The notes under the pieces: generated by a model
Seen by the model: only the letters and a program-made list of their open reading frames with translations
Told to the model about the DNA's origin: nothing
Database searches by the model: none
Part shown: positions 1-9,920 of the stretch, one piece after another
Numbering within the stretch: the first letter of the stretch is position 1
Layout: each line of letters starts with the position of its first letter
Program-made: the position numbers and the translations under genes
Source: Deltaproteobacteria bacterium
Lineage (GTDB): Bacteria; Desulfobacterota; GWC2-55-46; JADFVP01
Direction: 5' to 3'
Length of the DNA: 64,000 nucleotides
NCBI GenBank assembly: GCA_024275045.1
Contig: JAJRZX010000036.1
Location: 19,615 to 83,614, forward strand

Positions 1-761
1 TGAGCCTCAGCGCCTATCACGAGGGCGGTCATGTGGCCATTGAGGTAAAAGACGACGGCAGCGGCATTGACCCTGAGGCTATATGCATGAGGGCCGTGAG
101 CAAGGGGCTTGTAGATAAAGGGGCGGCGCGGTCCATGAACAGGTCCGAGAAGCTGAACCTTATTTTCCTCCCCGGTTTTACCACTTCTGATGAGATAAGC
201 GCCACCTCGGGACGCGGCGTGGGCCTTGATGTGGTGAGAGAGAATATCGCACTCCTGAACGGCCTTGTAGAGATAGAGACCGTGCAGGGCAAGGGTACAA
301 GGTTTATACTTACCATACCTGTGACTCAATCCATGATAGGCGCCCTTATCTGCGAGGAGGGCGGCAACACCATGGCCATACCCGGCAGCCGCGTAATAGA
401 GATAATGCAGCTCTCTGATGAGGTATCCATAGAAGACGGTTTTATTTGTATTGATAATCTTAGAATGCGCGCAATAAGGCCATCCACATTATTCCATCCG
501 GCTACCTCTTCCAAGGCAGGTTACAGGTACGCTATTGTGACACGCGCGGGCAGGGAGAGGCTCTGCCTTGTCGTGGACAGGGTTATGACAGAGTTTAATA
601 TTATAATCAGACCTCTTCCGCTTGGGCACAAGATTAGCGGAGTTATGGGGCTGACCGAGGCAGATAATAACGACGCCGTGCTGGTCCTTGATGTTGCCGG
701 GATACTGGAGTCTTTATCCGCCGATCAAAAGGCCGGGGCTCTCTCAAAGCGCATAGTTTAG
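1..761 (+). CDS. cheA: Chemotaxis histidine kinase CheA, C-terminal part (HATPase + CheW-like domain). The 5' end lies upstream of the window.
   Basis: The frame is open from nt 3. HEGGHVAIEVKDDGSGID (the CheA ATP-binding box) is followed by a CheW-like domain. Stop at 759-761. Confidence 0.75.
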   Translation, partial: SLSAYHEGGHVAIEVKDDGSGIDPEAICMRAVSKGLVDKGAARSMNRSEKLNLIFLPGFTTSDEISATSGRGVGLDVVRENIALLNGLVEIETVQGKGTRFILTIPVTQSMIGALICEEGGNTMAIPGSRVIEIMQLSDEVSIEDGFICIDNLRMRAIRPSTLFHPATSSKAGYRYAIVTRAGRERLCLVVDRVMTEFNIIIRPLPLGHKISGVMGLTEADNNDAVLVLDVAGILESLSADQKAGALSKRIV

Positions 762-869
762 TTCTTGAGTCATGAGGCGTTCTATGTATATATAGAATAC
801 TCTCTGGTGAGTACGTGTCTGCAGGTGAGGGGATTTTCTCTCTTGTGAGGACATTTAAATAAATTTTTT

Positions 870-1682
870 ATGGTGAATTATAATATGCAAAAAAGACAAA
901 GCGATTTTCGTTGTTCAGGTTTAATATCAGTAAGGAAGTTTCGCCGCGTATCTATTGCGGTTGTCTTTCTTTTTTTTATCTTTACTGCCGGCTGCACCTC
1001 TTTAAGGATAGTGAAAGAGAGTTACAGAAATGCGGAGGAGATGTACAAGACCGGGGTGAGCCAGTATAACTCACTGCATTATGAGGATGCGGAAGGGACT
1101 TTTGAAAAACTCATGGAAAGGTATCCCCTCAGCTCCTATGCCCTTGAGGGCGAGATAATGCTTGCCGATGTCCTGTACATGGATGAAAAGTATGATGAGG
1201 CAAGGGTTTATTATACGGATTTCGTGGCCCTTCATCCTTCACACGCAAAGGCCTCGTACGCTTTATTTCAAAAAGGTATGTGTTATTTTCGTAATGTCCT
1301 TTCTCTTGACAGGGACCAGACCACTACGAGAAAGGCCATTATCGCCTTTGAAGACCTTACCAGGCAATTTCCATTCTCTTCGTATAATGAGAGGGCAGAG
1401 GAGCTTATAGCCTTTCTTAAGAGACGTCTTTCCGAGAGGGAGCTTTATGTGGGGATGTTTTATCTCAAGAAAAAGAACTACAAAGGCGCGCTGGCAAGAT
1501 TTAATACTATCTTGAAGGAGTATCCCGAGTCTGAGGAAATAGATGAGGTGCTTTTTTACATAGTTAAGTCTTATTCCAAGCTTGGCGAGGATGACCGTGC
1601 CCGTGACGTCTTCTCAACCCTTCAGGCGGATTATCCTTCAAGCTCATATACAAAGGCCGCAGGGAAGATAATCGGCGGTTAA
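870..1682 (+). CDS. bamD: Outer-membrane assembly lipoprotein BamD-like (TPR lipoprotein)
   Basis: A signal peptide with lipobox FTAGC is followed by TPR-like repeats typical of BamD/YfiO. Sequence similarity judged by eye only. Confidence 0.55.
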   Translation: MVNYNMQKRQSDFRCSGLISVRKFRRVSIAVVFLFFIFTAGCTSLRIVKESYRNAEEMYKTGVSQYNSLHYEDAEGTFEKLMERYPLSSYALEGEIMLADVLYMDEKYDEARVYYTDFVALHPSHAKASYALFQKGMCYFRNVLSLDRDQTTTRKAIIAFEDLTRQFPFSSYNERAEELIAFLKRRLSERELYVGMFYLKKKNYKGALARFNTILKEYPESEEIDEVLFYIVKSYSKLGEDDRARDVFSTLQADYPSSSYTKAAGKIIGG

Positions 1683-1704
1683 TGCCTATTTATAACATGG
1701 TTTA

Positions 1705-1793
1705 GTGGGCGGCTAATGCGTGCTTGAGTGTGTGTAAGCTCATCCCCCTATTGGTTTTCTTTGCTTACTTTCTTTTTTCCAAAAGAAAGTAAG
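1705..1793. repeat. Copy 1 of a ~90-bp dispersed repeat ending in a perfect 13-bp-stem hairpin (CTTACTTTCTTTT-ttcc-AAAAGAAAGTAAG).
   Basis: Shares ~80% identity over ~85 bp with each unit of the tandem array at 23075-23326. The hairpin half recurs at 35521-35562. It lies between the convergent bamD and alaS 3' ends. Confidence 0.7.
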
Positions 1794-1794
1794 A

Positions 1795-4437
1795 TTATGT
1801 GGAAAGGTTTTTTATCGTCTCATAGGCTTGTTCCAGGGCCTTGTTTATCTTTGTGCCATGGGGCCCGCCTGCTTGAGCAAGCTCGGCCCTGCCCCCGCCT
1901 CTGCCGCCTATAATCGGTGCGAGGTCTTTTATTATCTCACCTGCATTATATTTTTTCGTCAGGTCTCTTGTAACCGCCACAAGTAGTACGGCCTTGTCTT
2001 CTGAGGCGGCACCGATGACTACGATGCCTGAGCCAAGTTTTTGTCTGAGGTTATCGGCCATATCGCGGAGGATTTTCGCCTCTGTATCCTCGGCCTTGTA
2101 AGCAAGCACTTTTACACCGTTTATCTCACACACCTCACTCATGGTCTGGCCGCTCGCTTCTGCCGCGGCCTTTTTCTTAAGCGCCTCAATTTCTTTTTCC
2201 ATAACGCGCTGTCGGGTGAGCATGTTTTTTATTTTTTCACCAACCTCGGTCTTTGATACTTTGAGGGCTGCCGCAGCCTCTCGCAGCGCCTCTTCTTCGC
2301 TAAAGACTGTCTCAAGGGCACCTGTGCCGGTGGTAGCCTCAATGCGTCTAATGCCTGAAGCTACGGAGCTCTCTGCCGTAAGTTTTATAAGTCCGATATC
2401 TCCGGATCTCTGCACATGCGTGCCTCCGCAGAGCTCTTTACTTACCCCGGGCAGACTTACGAGACGTACATTGGCACCGTATTTATCATCAAAAAAAGCC
2501 AGAGCACCGGCCTTGACAGCCTCGTCATAGGCCATGACGGCTGTGTTTACCTTGATGTTTTTTAAAACTCCCTCATTTGCCTTTTTCTCTATTGCCTTAA
2601 TTTCCTCATATGTAAGGGCGGAAAAGTGGCTGAAATCAAATCTAAAGCCATCTGCGCTTACAAGGGAGCCGCGCTGGCGCACGTGATCGCCAATAAGCTC
2701 ACGAAGGGCCGCGTGTACAATGTGCGTGGCCGTATGGTTTCTGCGGATAGCGGAGCGGCGCTCTTCGTCGGGGTGCAGCACAACGCTATCGTCAACTTTC
2801 AACTCGCCTTTGTTTATACGGCAGTGGTGAACGATAATATCAGGCACGGGTTTTGTAGTGTTCATAACCTCTACTTCAAGCCCCTCTGCCATTATTACTC
2901 CAGTATCACCTACCTGACCGCCTGATTCGCCGTAAAAGGGCGTTTCCTCGGTAATTATATCCACCTCATCACCGGCAGCTGCGGATTCAAGGCTTTCTTG
3001 CCCCTTAAAGATGTGCAGAATTCTTGATGATGAGGAGTTTGAATCGTATCCGGTAAAGGCGGTCTTAACCCCTGCGGCTGCAAGGGCACGGTATTTATCA
3101 CTCTCATTAGAGCCCTCTCCGCCTTTCCACGCGAGGCGCGCTTTTTTTCTCTGCTCCTCCATGGCGGTCTTGAAACCAGCATCATCAACGGTAAGGCCGT
3201 CTCTATTTATAATATCCGCGGTAAGGTCAACGGGAAAGCCGTAGGTATCGTATAATTTAAAGGCAAATGGACCCGGCAGTACGGTCTTATTGCTTTTCTT
3301 AAGGTCCCTTACCTCTGTCTCAAGGATCTCCAGACCCCGTTCAAGGGTCTGTAAAAAACTCTCTTCTTCGGCCCTTGAGGCCCGCTGAATAAGACTCTCC
3401 TCTTCTTTTATCTCAGGGTATATGGGGCTCATTAGTTCAATAACAGTGGAGATAACCGGGCCGAGAAAGGGCTCTGTAAGGCCGAGAAAGCGGCCGTGAC
3501 GAAGGGCCCGTCTTATGATGCGGCGAAGTACGTAGTTTCTCCCTGTATTACCGGGCAGCACCCCCTCTGCCATTAAAAAAGTAATAGCTCTGCTGTGGTC
3601 GGCAATGGCCTTTAGCGATATATCGGCGTCAGGGTTTGAGAGGCTGGCCTCGGGGATAAGGTCTTTGATTGTATTGAGTATGGGTACAAAGAGGTCTGTC
3701 TCGTAATTTGAGGTAACGCCCTGCATTACGGCTGATAGCCTCTCAAGGCCCATGCCCGTATCAATGGAAGGTTTGCTGAGGGGTTTGAGCGTGCCGTCGC
3801 TGAGGCGGTTGGACTCCATGAATACGAGGTTCCATATCTCAAGGTAGCGGTCACACTCACAGCCTACGCGGCAATCCGGGGCCCCGCAGCCAAGTCCTTC
3901 GCCCTGGTCTATGAGTATCTCAGAGCAGGGGCCGCATGGACCGGTGCTGCCCATTGACCAGAAGTTGTCTTTTGCGCCAAGGCGCACAACTCTATCTGCA
4001 TTTACATTGCGGTTTTTTATCCATATATCCGCGGCATCGTCATCGTCCTTATATATGGTAACCCAGAGCTTATCAACGGGCAGACCCATGACAACCGTAA
4101 GAAAATCCCAGGCAAACTCCGTGGCCTCGTCCTTAAAGTAGTCGCCAAAGGAGAAGTTTCCAAGCATCTCAAAGAATGTATGATGGCGCGCGGTCTTGCC
4201 TACGTTCTCAAGGTCGTTATGCTTGCCGCCTGCGCGCATACACTTCTGGCTTGATACCGCCCTCTTGTAATCCCTACTCTCTTCGCCGAGAAATACTCCC
4301 TTGAACTGTACCATGCCCGCGTTGGTAAAGAGCAGAGTAGGGTCCTGCGCGGGAATAAGCCCTGATGACGGGACGTGGCAGTGCTCTCTTGCGGCAAAAT
4401 AATCAATAAACGCCTTTCTTATATCCGAACTTTTCAT
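1795..4437 (-). CDS. alaS: Alanyl-tRNA synthetase
   Basis: An 880 aa protein with the class II AlaRS N-terminus (MKSSDIRKAFIDYFAAREH...), an editing domain and a C-terminal DHHA1-like region. Confidence 0.95.
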   Translation of the reverse strand: MKSSDIRKAFIDYFAAREHCHVPSSGLIPAQDPTLLFTNAGMVQFKGVFLGEESRDYKRAVSSQKCMRAGGKHNDLENVGKTARHHTFFEMLGNFSFGDYFKDEATEFAWDFLTVVMGLPVDKLWVTIYKDDDDAADIWIKNRNVNADRVVRLGAKDNFWSMGSTGPCGPCSEILIDQGEGLGCGAPDCRVGCECDRYLEIWNLVFMESNRLSDGTLKPLSKPSIDTGMGLERLSAVMQGVTSNYETDLFVPILNTIKDLIPEASLSNPDADISLKAIADHSRAITFLMAEGVLPGNTGRNYVLRRIIRRALRHGRFLGLTEPFLGPVISTVIELMSPIYPEIKEEESLIQRASRAEEESFLQTLERGLEILETEVRDLKKSNKTVLPGPFAFKLYDTYGFPVDLTADIINRDGLTVDDAGFKTAMEEQRKKARLAWKGGEGSNESDKYRALAAAGVKTAFTGYDSNSSSSRILHIFKGQESLESAAAGDEVDIITEETPFYGESGGQVGDTGVIMAEGLEVEVMNTTKPVPDIIVHHCRINKGELKVDDSVVLHPDEERRSAIRRNHTATHIVHAALRELIGDHVRQRGSLVSADGFRFDFSHFSALTYEEIKAIEKKANEGVLKNIKVNTAVMAYDEAVKAGALAFFDDKYGANVRLVSLPGVSKELCGGTHVQRSGDIGLIKLTAESSVASGIRRIEATTGTGALETVFSEEEALREAAAALKVSKTEVGEKIKNMLTRQRVMEKEIEALKKKAAAEASGQTMSEVCEINGVKVLAYKAEDTEAKILRDMADNLRQKLGSGIVVIGAASEDKAVLLVAVTRDLTKKYNAGEIIKDLAPIIGGRGGGRAELAQAGGPHGTKINKALEQAYETIKNLST

Positions 4438-4470
4438 AGATGATTACCCTTAAAACCCGGTGCGGGCCTC

Positions 4471-4965
4471 TTATTCGACTTCTGTGTTATGGCTCTCTTT
4501 TAAAGGGTAGAGGAGCTTTAGTGCCAGTCCTCCTGTGAAACCACGCGCCTCAAGGTGCCGATATGCGCTTGCAAACTCTTTTTTGTTAAGGCCGCGTTTA
4601 TCTATGCCCCTCTTAAGCATCCACTTTCTAAGGGCCTCTTTAGCGCATTTGGCCACGGTCTCATCGCTTATTTCACTGAGGACGCTCTCTACAATCTCAG
4701 CTGGTATGCCTTTACGGCGCAGATCAAGGGCGATTTTTCGCGGTCCCCAGTTCTTGTTTTTTATCCTTGAGGCCGCAAGCTCCGCTGCAAAGCGGCTGTC
4801 ATTAATAAGCCCCTCTCCCAGAAGGGTCTCTATGGCAGAGGCGATATCCTGAGAGGCAAAACCCTTTTCTTCGAGTTTATCCTCCATGGCGCTCCTGCTT
4901 CTGTCCCTGTAGTAGAGCAGCCTCAGCGCGGCGGCAAGGGCCTTTTCTTTTGTTGACTCACTCAT
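4471..4965 (-). CDS. recX: RecA regulator RecX
   Basis: A 164 aa helical-repeat protein in the conserved position between recA and alaS. Confidence 0.75.
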   Translation of the reverse strand: MSESTKEKALAAALRLLYYRDRSRSAMEDKLEEKGFASQDIASAIETLLGEGLINDSRFAAELAASRIKNKNWGPRKIALDLRRKGIPAEIVESVLSEISDETVAKCAKEALRKWMLKRGIDKRGLNKKEFASAYRHLEARGFTGGLALKLLYPLKESHNTEVE

Positions 4966-4976
4966 GCTCTACGGGC

Positions 4977-6143
4977 TTAGAATCTCTCTATGCCGTTGTC
5001 CTTTTCTTTTGCCTCTGCCTCCTCGGTACTGCTCTCAAAGTCTTCCCACTCAACATCTCCTGTGGAAGTAATGCCCTGGACCTTGAGCTCAAAGTCAGCT
5101 GGGTTGGAGGATTGTCTCAGGGCCTCTTCATAGGAGATAAAGCCTTTTTTCATAAGCGAGAGTATGGACTGGTCAAAGGTCTGCATCCCGTATGTGGAGT
5201 GCCCCTTGGAGATAGCATCGAATAGTCCTTTTGTCTTTTCCTTATCCTCAATGCATTCGCGTACCCTTGCCGTGGTTCTAAGTATCTCCATGGCCGGTAC
5301 CCGCGTGGTGCCGTCGCTTGTGGCAATAAGGCGCTGTGATATTATGCCCCGTACAACGCTTGCGAGCTGAATACGAATTTGCTTTTGCTGGTAAGGCGGG
5401 AAGGTGGTGACAATTCTGTTAATAGTCTCTACGGCGTCAATGGTATGAAGGGTGGAGAGCACAAGATGACCTGTCTCGGCGGCTGTGAGGGCCGTCTCAA
5501 TAGTCTCTTTGTCCCTCATCTCGCCAACCATTATGATATCAGGGTCCTGGCGCAGGGCCCCGCGCAGGGCCTCGGCAAAACCTATGGTATCAAAACCCAC
5601 CTCACGCTGGTTAATGAGGCAGAACTTGTCCTTATGAAGAAACTCTATGGGGTCTTCAATGGAAATTATATGGGCGGAGCGTTTGTTGTTTATGTAATCA
5701 ATGATGGAGGCGAGGGTAGTGGATTTGCCGCTCCCTGTTACGCCTGTCACAAGTATAAGTCCGCGAATCTCCTCGGCTATTGTATGGAATATGGGGGGCA
5801 GGTGAAGCTCCTCAAAGGAGAGTATCTTCATGGGGATGACCCTGAAGACTATGCCGGCGGCGCCTCTCTGGTTGAATATATTTACCCTGAATCTGCCAAG
5901 GCCGGGGACGCTGTACGCAAGGTCCACCTGATGGGTGGTCCTGAAGGTCTCCTTCTGCGTCTCGTTCATGATGGCAAGGGCGGTATTGGCCACCTCCACG
6001 GGCAGCAGACGCTCGTGGTTCTTAATAGGCGCGAGCTGGCCGTTAAGGCGCAGTATGGGAGGCATGCCCGCCTTAAGGTGTACATCAGATGCCTTTTGTT
6101 TAAGTGCAAAGGCGAGTACGCTTGAGAGATCAAGTCCGGCCAT
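4977..6143 (-). CDS. pilT: Type IV pilus retraction ATPase PilT (twitching motility)
   Basis: Walker A GVTGSGKST and the PilT/PilU family signature. 388 aa. Confidence 0.85.
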   Translation of the reverse strand: MAGLDLSSVLAFALKQKASDVHLKAGMPPILRLNGQLAPIKNHERLLPVEVANTALAIMNETQKETFRTTHQVDLAYSVPGLGRFRVNIFNQRGAAGIVFRVIPMKILSFEELHLPPIFHTIAEEIRGLILVTGVTGSGKSTTLASIIDYINNKRSAHIISIEDPIEFLHKDKFCLINQREVGFDTIGFAEALRGALRQDPDIIMVGEMRDKETIETALTAAETGHLVLSTLHTIDAVETINRIVTTFPPYQQKQIRIQLASVVRGIISQRLIATSDGTTRVPAMEILRTTARVRECIEDKEKTKGLFDAISKGHSTYGMQTFDQSILSLMKKGFISYEEALRQSSNPADFELKVQGITSTGDVEWEDFESSTEEAEAKEKDNGIERF

Positions 6144-6146
6144 GAA

Positions 6147-7187
6147 TTACACCTCTTCTGTAGTTGAGTCATCTGTTTTCAGATGGTACTGCTTGAATAC
6201 AGCTTCCTCAATCTCGTCACTAATGGAAGGGTTGTCCCTTAGAAATTTCCTTACGGCCTCTCTGCCCTGACCAAGTCTGTTGCCGTTATAAGAGAACCAG
6301 GAGCCGCTCTTGTCTACGATATCGGATTTTACGGCAAGGTCCAGCAGGTCGCCTTCGCGTGAGATACCCTCATTAAAGAGTATATCAAACTCGGCAATCT
6401 TAAAGGGAGGCGCCATCTTGTTTTTCACCACTTTTACCTTAATCCTGTTGCCTATTATGGCCTCGCCCTGCTTAATCTGCCCAATTCTTCTAATGTCCAT
6501 GCGTACTGAGGCGTAGAACTTCAGCGCGTTGCCTCCCGTGGTGGTCTCGGGGCTGCCGAAGAAGACGCCTATCTTGTGGCGTATCTGGTTGATGAATATA
6601 ACGCAGGTCTTGGATTTACTGATGGTGGATGTGAGTTTTCTAAGGGCCTGGCTCATGAGCCTGGCCTGAAGACCCATATGAGCGTCTCCCATGTCGCCTT
6701 CAAGCTCGGCGCGCGGTACAAGGGCCGCTACGGAGTCCACTACGATAAGGTCTACGCCTCCGCTTCTTATGAGGATATCCGTTATCTCAAGTGCCTGCTC
6801 CCCTGTATCGGGCTGAGAGAGCAGGAGCTCATCAGTGTCTACGCCTATGAGGCGGGCATAGTTCAGGTCAAGGGCGTGCTCTGCGTCTACAAAGGCCACG
6901 GAGCCCCCGCTCTTTTGCGCCTCTGCTGCTATGTGAAGCGATAGCGTTGTCTTGCCTGATGACTCGGGGCCGTATATCTCCACAACACGGCCTCTTGGAA
7001 CACCGCCAATGCCAAGGGCTATGTCCAGAGAGGGCGAGCCCGTGGAGATGGAGGGCGCGTTGGCAGTGGATATGTCTTTACCAAGGCGCATGATGGCGCC
7101 TTTGCCGAACTGCTTCTCTATCTGACTTATGGCAAGGTCAACGGCCTTGTCCTTGTTACTGTCTTTGCTGTTCTTACTCTCCGCCAT
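6147..7187 (-). CDS. recA: Recombinase RecA
   Basis: Walker [10 protein letters not shown], the L1/L2 loops and high overall conservation. Confidence 0.97.
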   Translation of the reverse strand: MAESKNSKDSNKDKAVDLAISQIEKQFGKGAIMRLGKDISTANAPSISTGSPSLDIALGIGGVPRGRVVEIYGPESSGKTTLSLHIAAEAQKSGGSVAFVDAEHALDLNYARLIGVDTDELLLSQPDTGEQALEITDILIRSGGVDLIVVDSVAALVPRAELEGDMGDAHMGLQARLMSQALRKLTSTISKSKTCVIFINQIRHKIGVFFGSPETTTGGNALKFYASVRMDIRRIGQIKQGEAIIGNRIKVKVVKNKMAPPFKIAEFDILFNEGISREGDLLDLAVKSDIVDKSGSWFSYNGNRLGQGREAVRKFLRDNPSISDEIEEAVFKQYHLKTDDSTTEEV

Positions 7188-7222
7188 TGGTAACTCCTCC
7201 TGAGTATTATAAAATTCTCTTA

Positions 7223-7792
7223 TTAGGTCCCTGTAAGAGGGAATTCTCTTATCAGACTGTGCACTGCCCCTTGTGGGGCAAGAATACTCTTATATAATAC
7301 GAAGCGCTTTACAACAAAAGCAACCTTTTTTTCAACCTTTAAGCCCCTGGCTGCCTGTGAAATAGCACGTGAAGACTCTCTTGAACGTAACCTGCATAGC
7401 GTAAGGTGCGGGTTGAAGTTTTTTTTCTCTCTCTGCAGACCGATATTAAAGAGCGCTCTCTCCATCTGCGCTCTAAGCGAGTGGAGCTCTGCCGAGCTTT
7501 CCAGACCCAGCCACAGCGAGCGCGGTGCTCTCATGGATGGAAAGGCGCCGAGATTACCGGAGATTAGTCTGAACGGTGCCGCTGCTGAAGAGACCTCCTC
7601 AAGGGCTCGGCAGAGGGCCGGTATATCACTCTCATTAACCTCACCTATGAACCTCAGCGTCAGGTGCATGGTCTTTGGCCTTACCCACGAGGCGCGTATC
7701 TTAGCGCAGCTGCTCTGTAATTTTAACCTCAAATCCCCAAGAAGTACCTTTAGCTCACGGGGCAGCTCTATGGCGATAAATACTCTTATTAT
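7223..7792 (-). CDS. thpR: RNA 2',3'-cyclic phosphodiesterase (2H family, LigT/ThpR)
   Basis: Two H-x-T-x motifs (HLTLRF and HLTLCR). The ORF-track start (TTG at 7732) would cut off a conserved N-terminus ([13 protein letters not shown]), which continues in frame up to a stop at 7793-7795. The true start is therefore probably a non-ATG codon near 7780-7792. Confidence 0.7.
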   Translation of the reverse strand: MIRVFIAIELPRELKVLLGDLRLKLQSSCAKIRASWVRPKTMHLTLRFIGEVNESDIPALCRALEEVSSAAAPFRLISGNLGAFPSMRAPRSLWLGLESSAELHSLRAQMERALFNIGLQREKKNFNPHLTLCRLRSRESSRAISQAARGLKVEKKVAFVVKRFVLYKSILAPQGAVHSLIREFPLTGT

Positions 7793-7809
7793 TCACCTCA
7801 TTAGCGCTA

Positions 7810-8289
7810 TTACTTAATAGCGTCTATTAGAAGTCTCATGGCGGCCTCAACGGATTGTCTTCTTATCTCATCGCGGCTGCCCTTAAAGTGAAACTCCTCT
7901 GTAACGGTCTTTTCATCCATGACCGAGAGGGCGATAAAGACCGTTCCAAGGGGTTTATCTGCCGTACCGCCGCCGGGCCCTGCTATGCCTGTTATAGATA
8001 GCGAGACTGTGCTGAAGAGGGCCTTTCGTACTCCCTCGGCCATCTCTGCCGCTGTATTTGCGGAGACTGCCCCGAATTCTCTGAGCGTGTCCGCAGAGAC
8101 CTTGAGTACCTCTATCTTCACCTCATTGGAGTACGATACAACTGCCCCGCGGTAGTACCTTGAGGCTCCTGCCGCTGAGGTTATATGGCTTGATAGGAGC
8201 CCGCCTGTACAGGACTCTGCAAGAGCAAGGGTTAGCCCTTTCTTTGTAAGCGCCTCTCCCAGGTCTTTTGCCGCTCTTAATGTATTCAT
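7810..8289 (-). CDS. cinA: CinA C-terminal domain protein (nicotinamide-nucleotide amidohydrolase PncC-like)
   Basis: A 159 aa CinA_C fold (LALAESCTGGLL motif). Its position next to pgpA and recA is conserved. Confidence 0.8.
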   Translation of the reverse strand: MNTLRAAKDLGEALTKKGLTLALAESCTGGLLSSHITSAAGASRYYRGAVVSYSNEVKIEVLKVSADTLREFGAVSANTAAEMAEGVRKALFSTVSLSITGIAGPGGGTADKPLGTVFIALSVMDEKTVTEEFHFKGSRDEIRRQSVEAAMRLLIDAIK

Positions 8290-8741
8290 CTCAGTAAGTA
8301 CAGTATAATCTGGCCGGTTATATTGGCGTAAATTCCCGCCATAATATCGTCAAGCACCACTCCTGCGCCGCCGGGCACGGTTCTGTCTATATATGAGACG
8401 GGGTATGGTTTTACAATATCAAAAATACGGAAGAGAATAAAGACCAATATGGCGTTAAAGAGCGTGAATGGTATGAGAAAAAACGCAACAAGGTATCCCG
8501 CCACCTCGTCGCAGACCACGGCTGAGGGGTCTTTTGAGGCGAATATTTTTACGGCCTTATGGGATAGAAATATTGAGATTAAGGTGACGAGTATTATTAG
8601 CGCTGCGTGAACCCCTGTGCCTGCGGTGCGGAAGAAAAAGGCGATTATTACCCCCCAGAGCGTGCCGAATGTTCCCGGGGCAAAGGGAATAAGGCCAAGG
8701 TATGTGCCTGTTGCTAAAAAAACTATGATTTTTTTACCCAT
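8286..8741 (-). CDS. pgpA: Phosphatidylglycerophosphatase A
   Basis: A 151 aa membrane protein of the PgpA family. It overlaps cinA by 4 bp. Confidence 0.75.
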   Translation of the reverse strand: MGKKIIVFLATGTYLGLIPFAPGTFGTLWGVIIAFFFRTAGTGVHAALIILVTLISIFLSHKAVKIFASKDPSAVVCDEVAGYLVAFFLIPFTLFNAILVFILFRIFDIVKPYPVSYIDRTVPGGAGVVLDDIMAGIYANITGQIILYLLR

Positions 8742-8816
8742 TTTCTTATCTCTGTCTATACTTTAATAATGCAGGTACGGGTGAGGGGGCCTCAGGCGCA
8801 CCCCTATTAATGGTAT

Positions 8817-9920
8817 TTAAAATATAAACCTTCGCATCCGTATGTTGATAATAAGCCCCATGGAGGTCATGATTACGGCGAGAAAGGAGCCTCCGTAGCT
8901 GATAAAGGGCAGAGGTACGCCCACTACGGGCAGGAGCCCCGTTACCATGGCTATGTTTATCACCACGTGCCAGAAAAGCATGGCAGAGATGCCGAAGGCA
9001 AGTAAAAAACCGAATCTGTCTTTTGATGAGGCCGCGGCGCCAAGCCCCTTGAGTATAAGGGCAAAGAATATGAAGATAACAATAGAGGCACCGATAAAAC
9101 CCCACTCCTCGGCCAGTATGGAGAAGATAAAGTCCGTGTGGTGCTCGGGCAGGAACATGAGTTTGCCTTGCGTGCCTCCGGTGTAACCTTTACCTAAAAA
9201 GCCCCCTGAGCCAATGGCAATCTTGGACTGCAGCAAGTGATATCCTGAGCCAAATGGGTCACGCCCGGGGTTTAAGAAGCTCGTAAGTCGCGCCTTCTGG
9301 TAATCCTTGAGGCTCATCCACGCAAAGGGCATTATGGCCGATAAGGCCACCCCGATGGCTATAATGGTTCTCAGCCTTATGCCTACCACAAGGGTCATTG
9401 AGCAGAAGATGGAGAGCAGGATAATAGAGGTGCCGAGATCAGGCTGTTTCATTATAAGAAAAAAGGGTGCGATGAAGATAAGCCCCGGCACGATGAGGTC
9501 TTTTATATCAAGGCCGCGGCCTGCGAGGTTTTTAAGGCTGAAGTGCCGTGCAAGCATTATGATAAGGGCTATCTTGGCGGTCTCCGAGGGCTGAAGTGAG
9601 AGAAAACCAAGGTCAAGCCACCTCTGCGCACCGCCGCTTGATTTACCTATGGCAAATACAAGGAGCAGCAGCACAATGGAGCCTCCGTAGATAATATAGG
9701 CGTAACGCTCAAGGAAGTGATAGTTTACCACCACGGCCCCTGTAAGCAGGACCAGGCTGATAATAAACCAGTACTGGGCCCGTGTGTATGTAGCGGGGTT
9801 ATTGGAGTACGTGGCGCTGTATATGGAGATTAGTCCGATGATGGCCAGTGTTATGGTAAGGCCAAGTACGGCAAAATCTATGTGCGTAAGCAGTCTCTTG
9901 TCAATACCTGTAAATCTCAT
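8817..9920 (-). CDS. rodA: Peptidoglycan glycosyltransferase RodA (SEDS family)
   Basis: A polytopic protein of the FtsW/RodA/SpoVE family. It overlaps mrdA by 4 bp. Confidence 0.85.
   Translation of the reverse strand: MRFTGIDKRLLTHIDFAVLGLTITLAIIGLISIYSATYSNNPATYTRAQYWFIISLVLLTGAVVVNYHFLERYAYIIYGGSIVLLLLVFAIGKSSGGAQRWLDLGFLSLQPSETAKIALIIMLARHFSLKNLAGRGLDIKDLIVPGLIFIAPFFLIMKQPDLGTSIILLSIFCSMTLVVGIRLRTIIAIGVALSAIMPFAWMSLKDYQKARLTSFLNPGRDPFGSGYHLLQSKIAIGSGGFLGKGYTGGTQGKLMFLPEHHTDFIFSILAEEWGFIGASIVIFIFFALILKGLGAAASSKDRFGFLLAFGISAMLFWHVVINIAMVTGLLPVVGVPLPFISYGGSFLAVIMTSMGLIINIRMRRFIF

Noticed and set aside
5379-6125. 248-aa plus-strand ORF inside pilT. The long antisense ORFs 56411..57328 (inside sat), 24714..25391 (inside proB), 17535..18167 (inside proS) and 42247..42702 (inside the HlyD gene) are similar.
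   Set aside because: They are fully embedded antisense to strongly conserved genes. Their amino-acid composition is skewed as expected for GC-rich antisense frames, and they have no independent signals.
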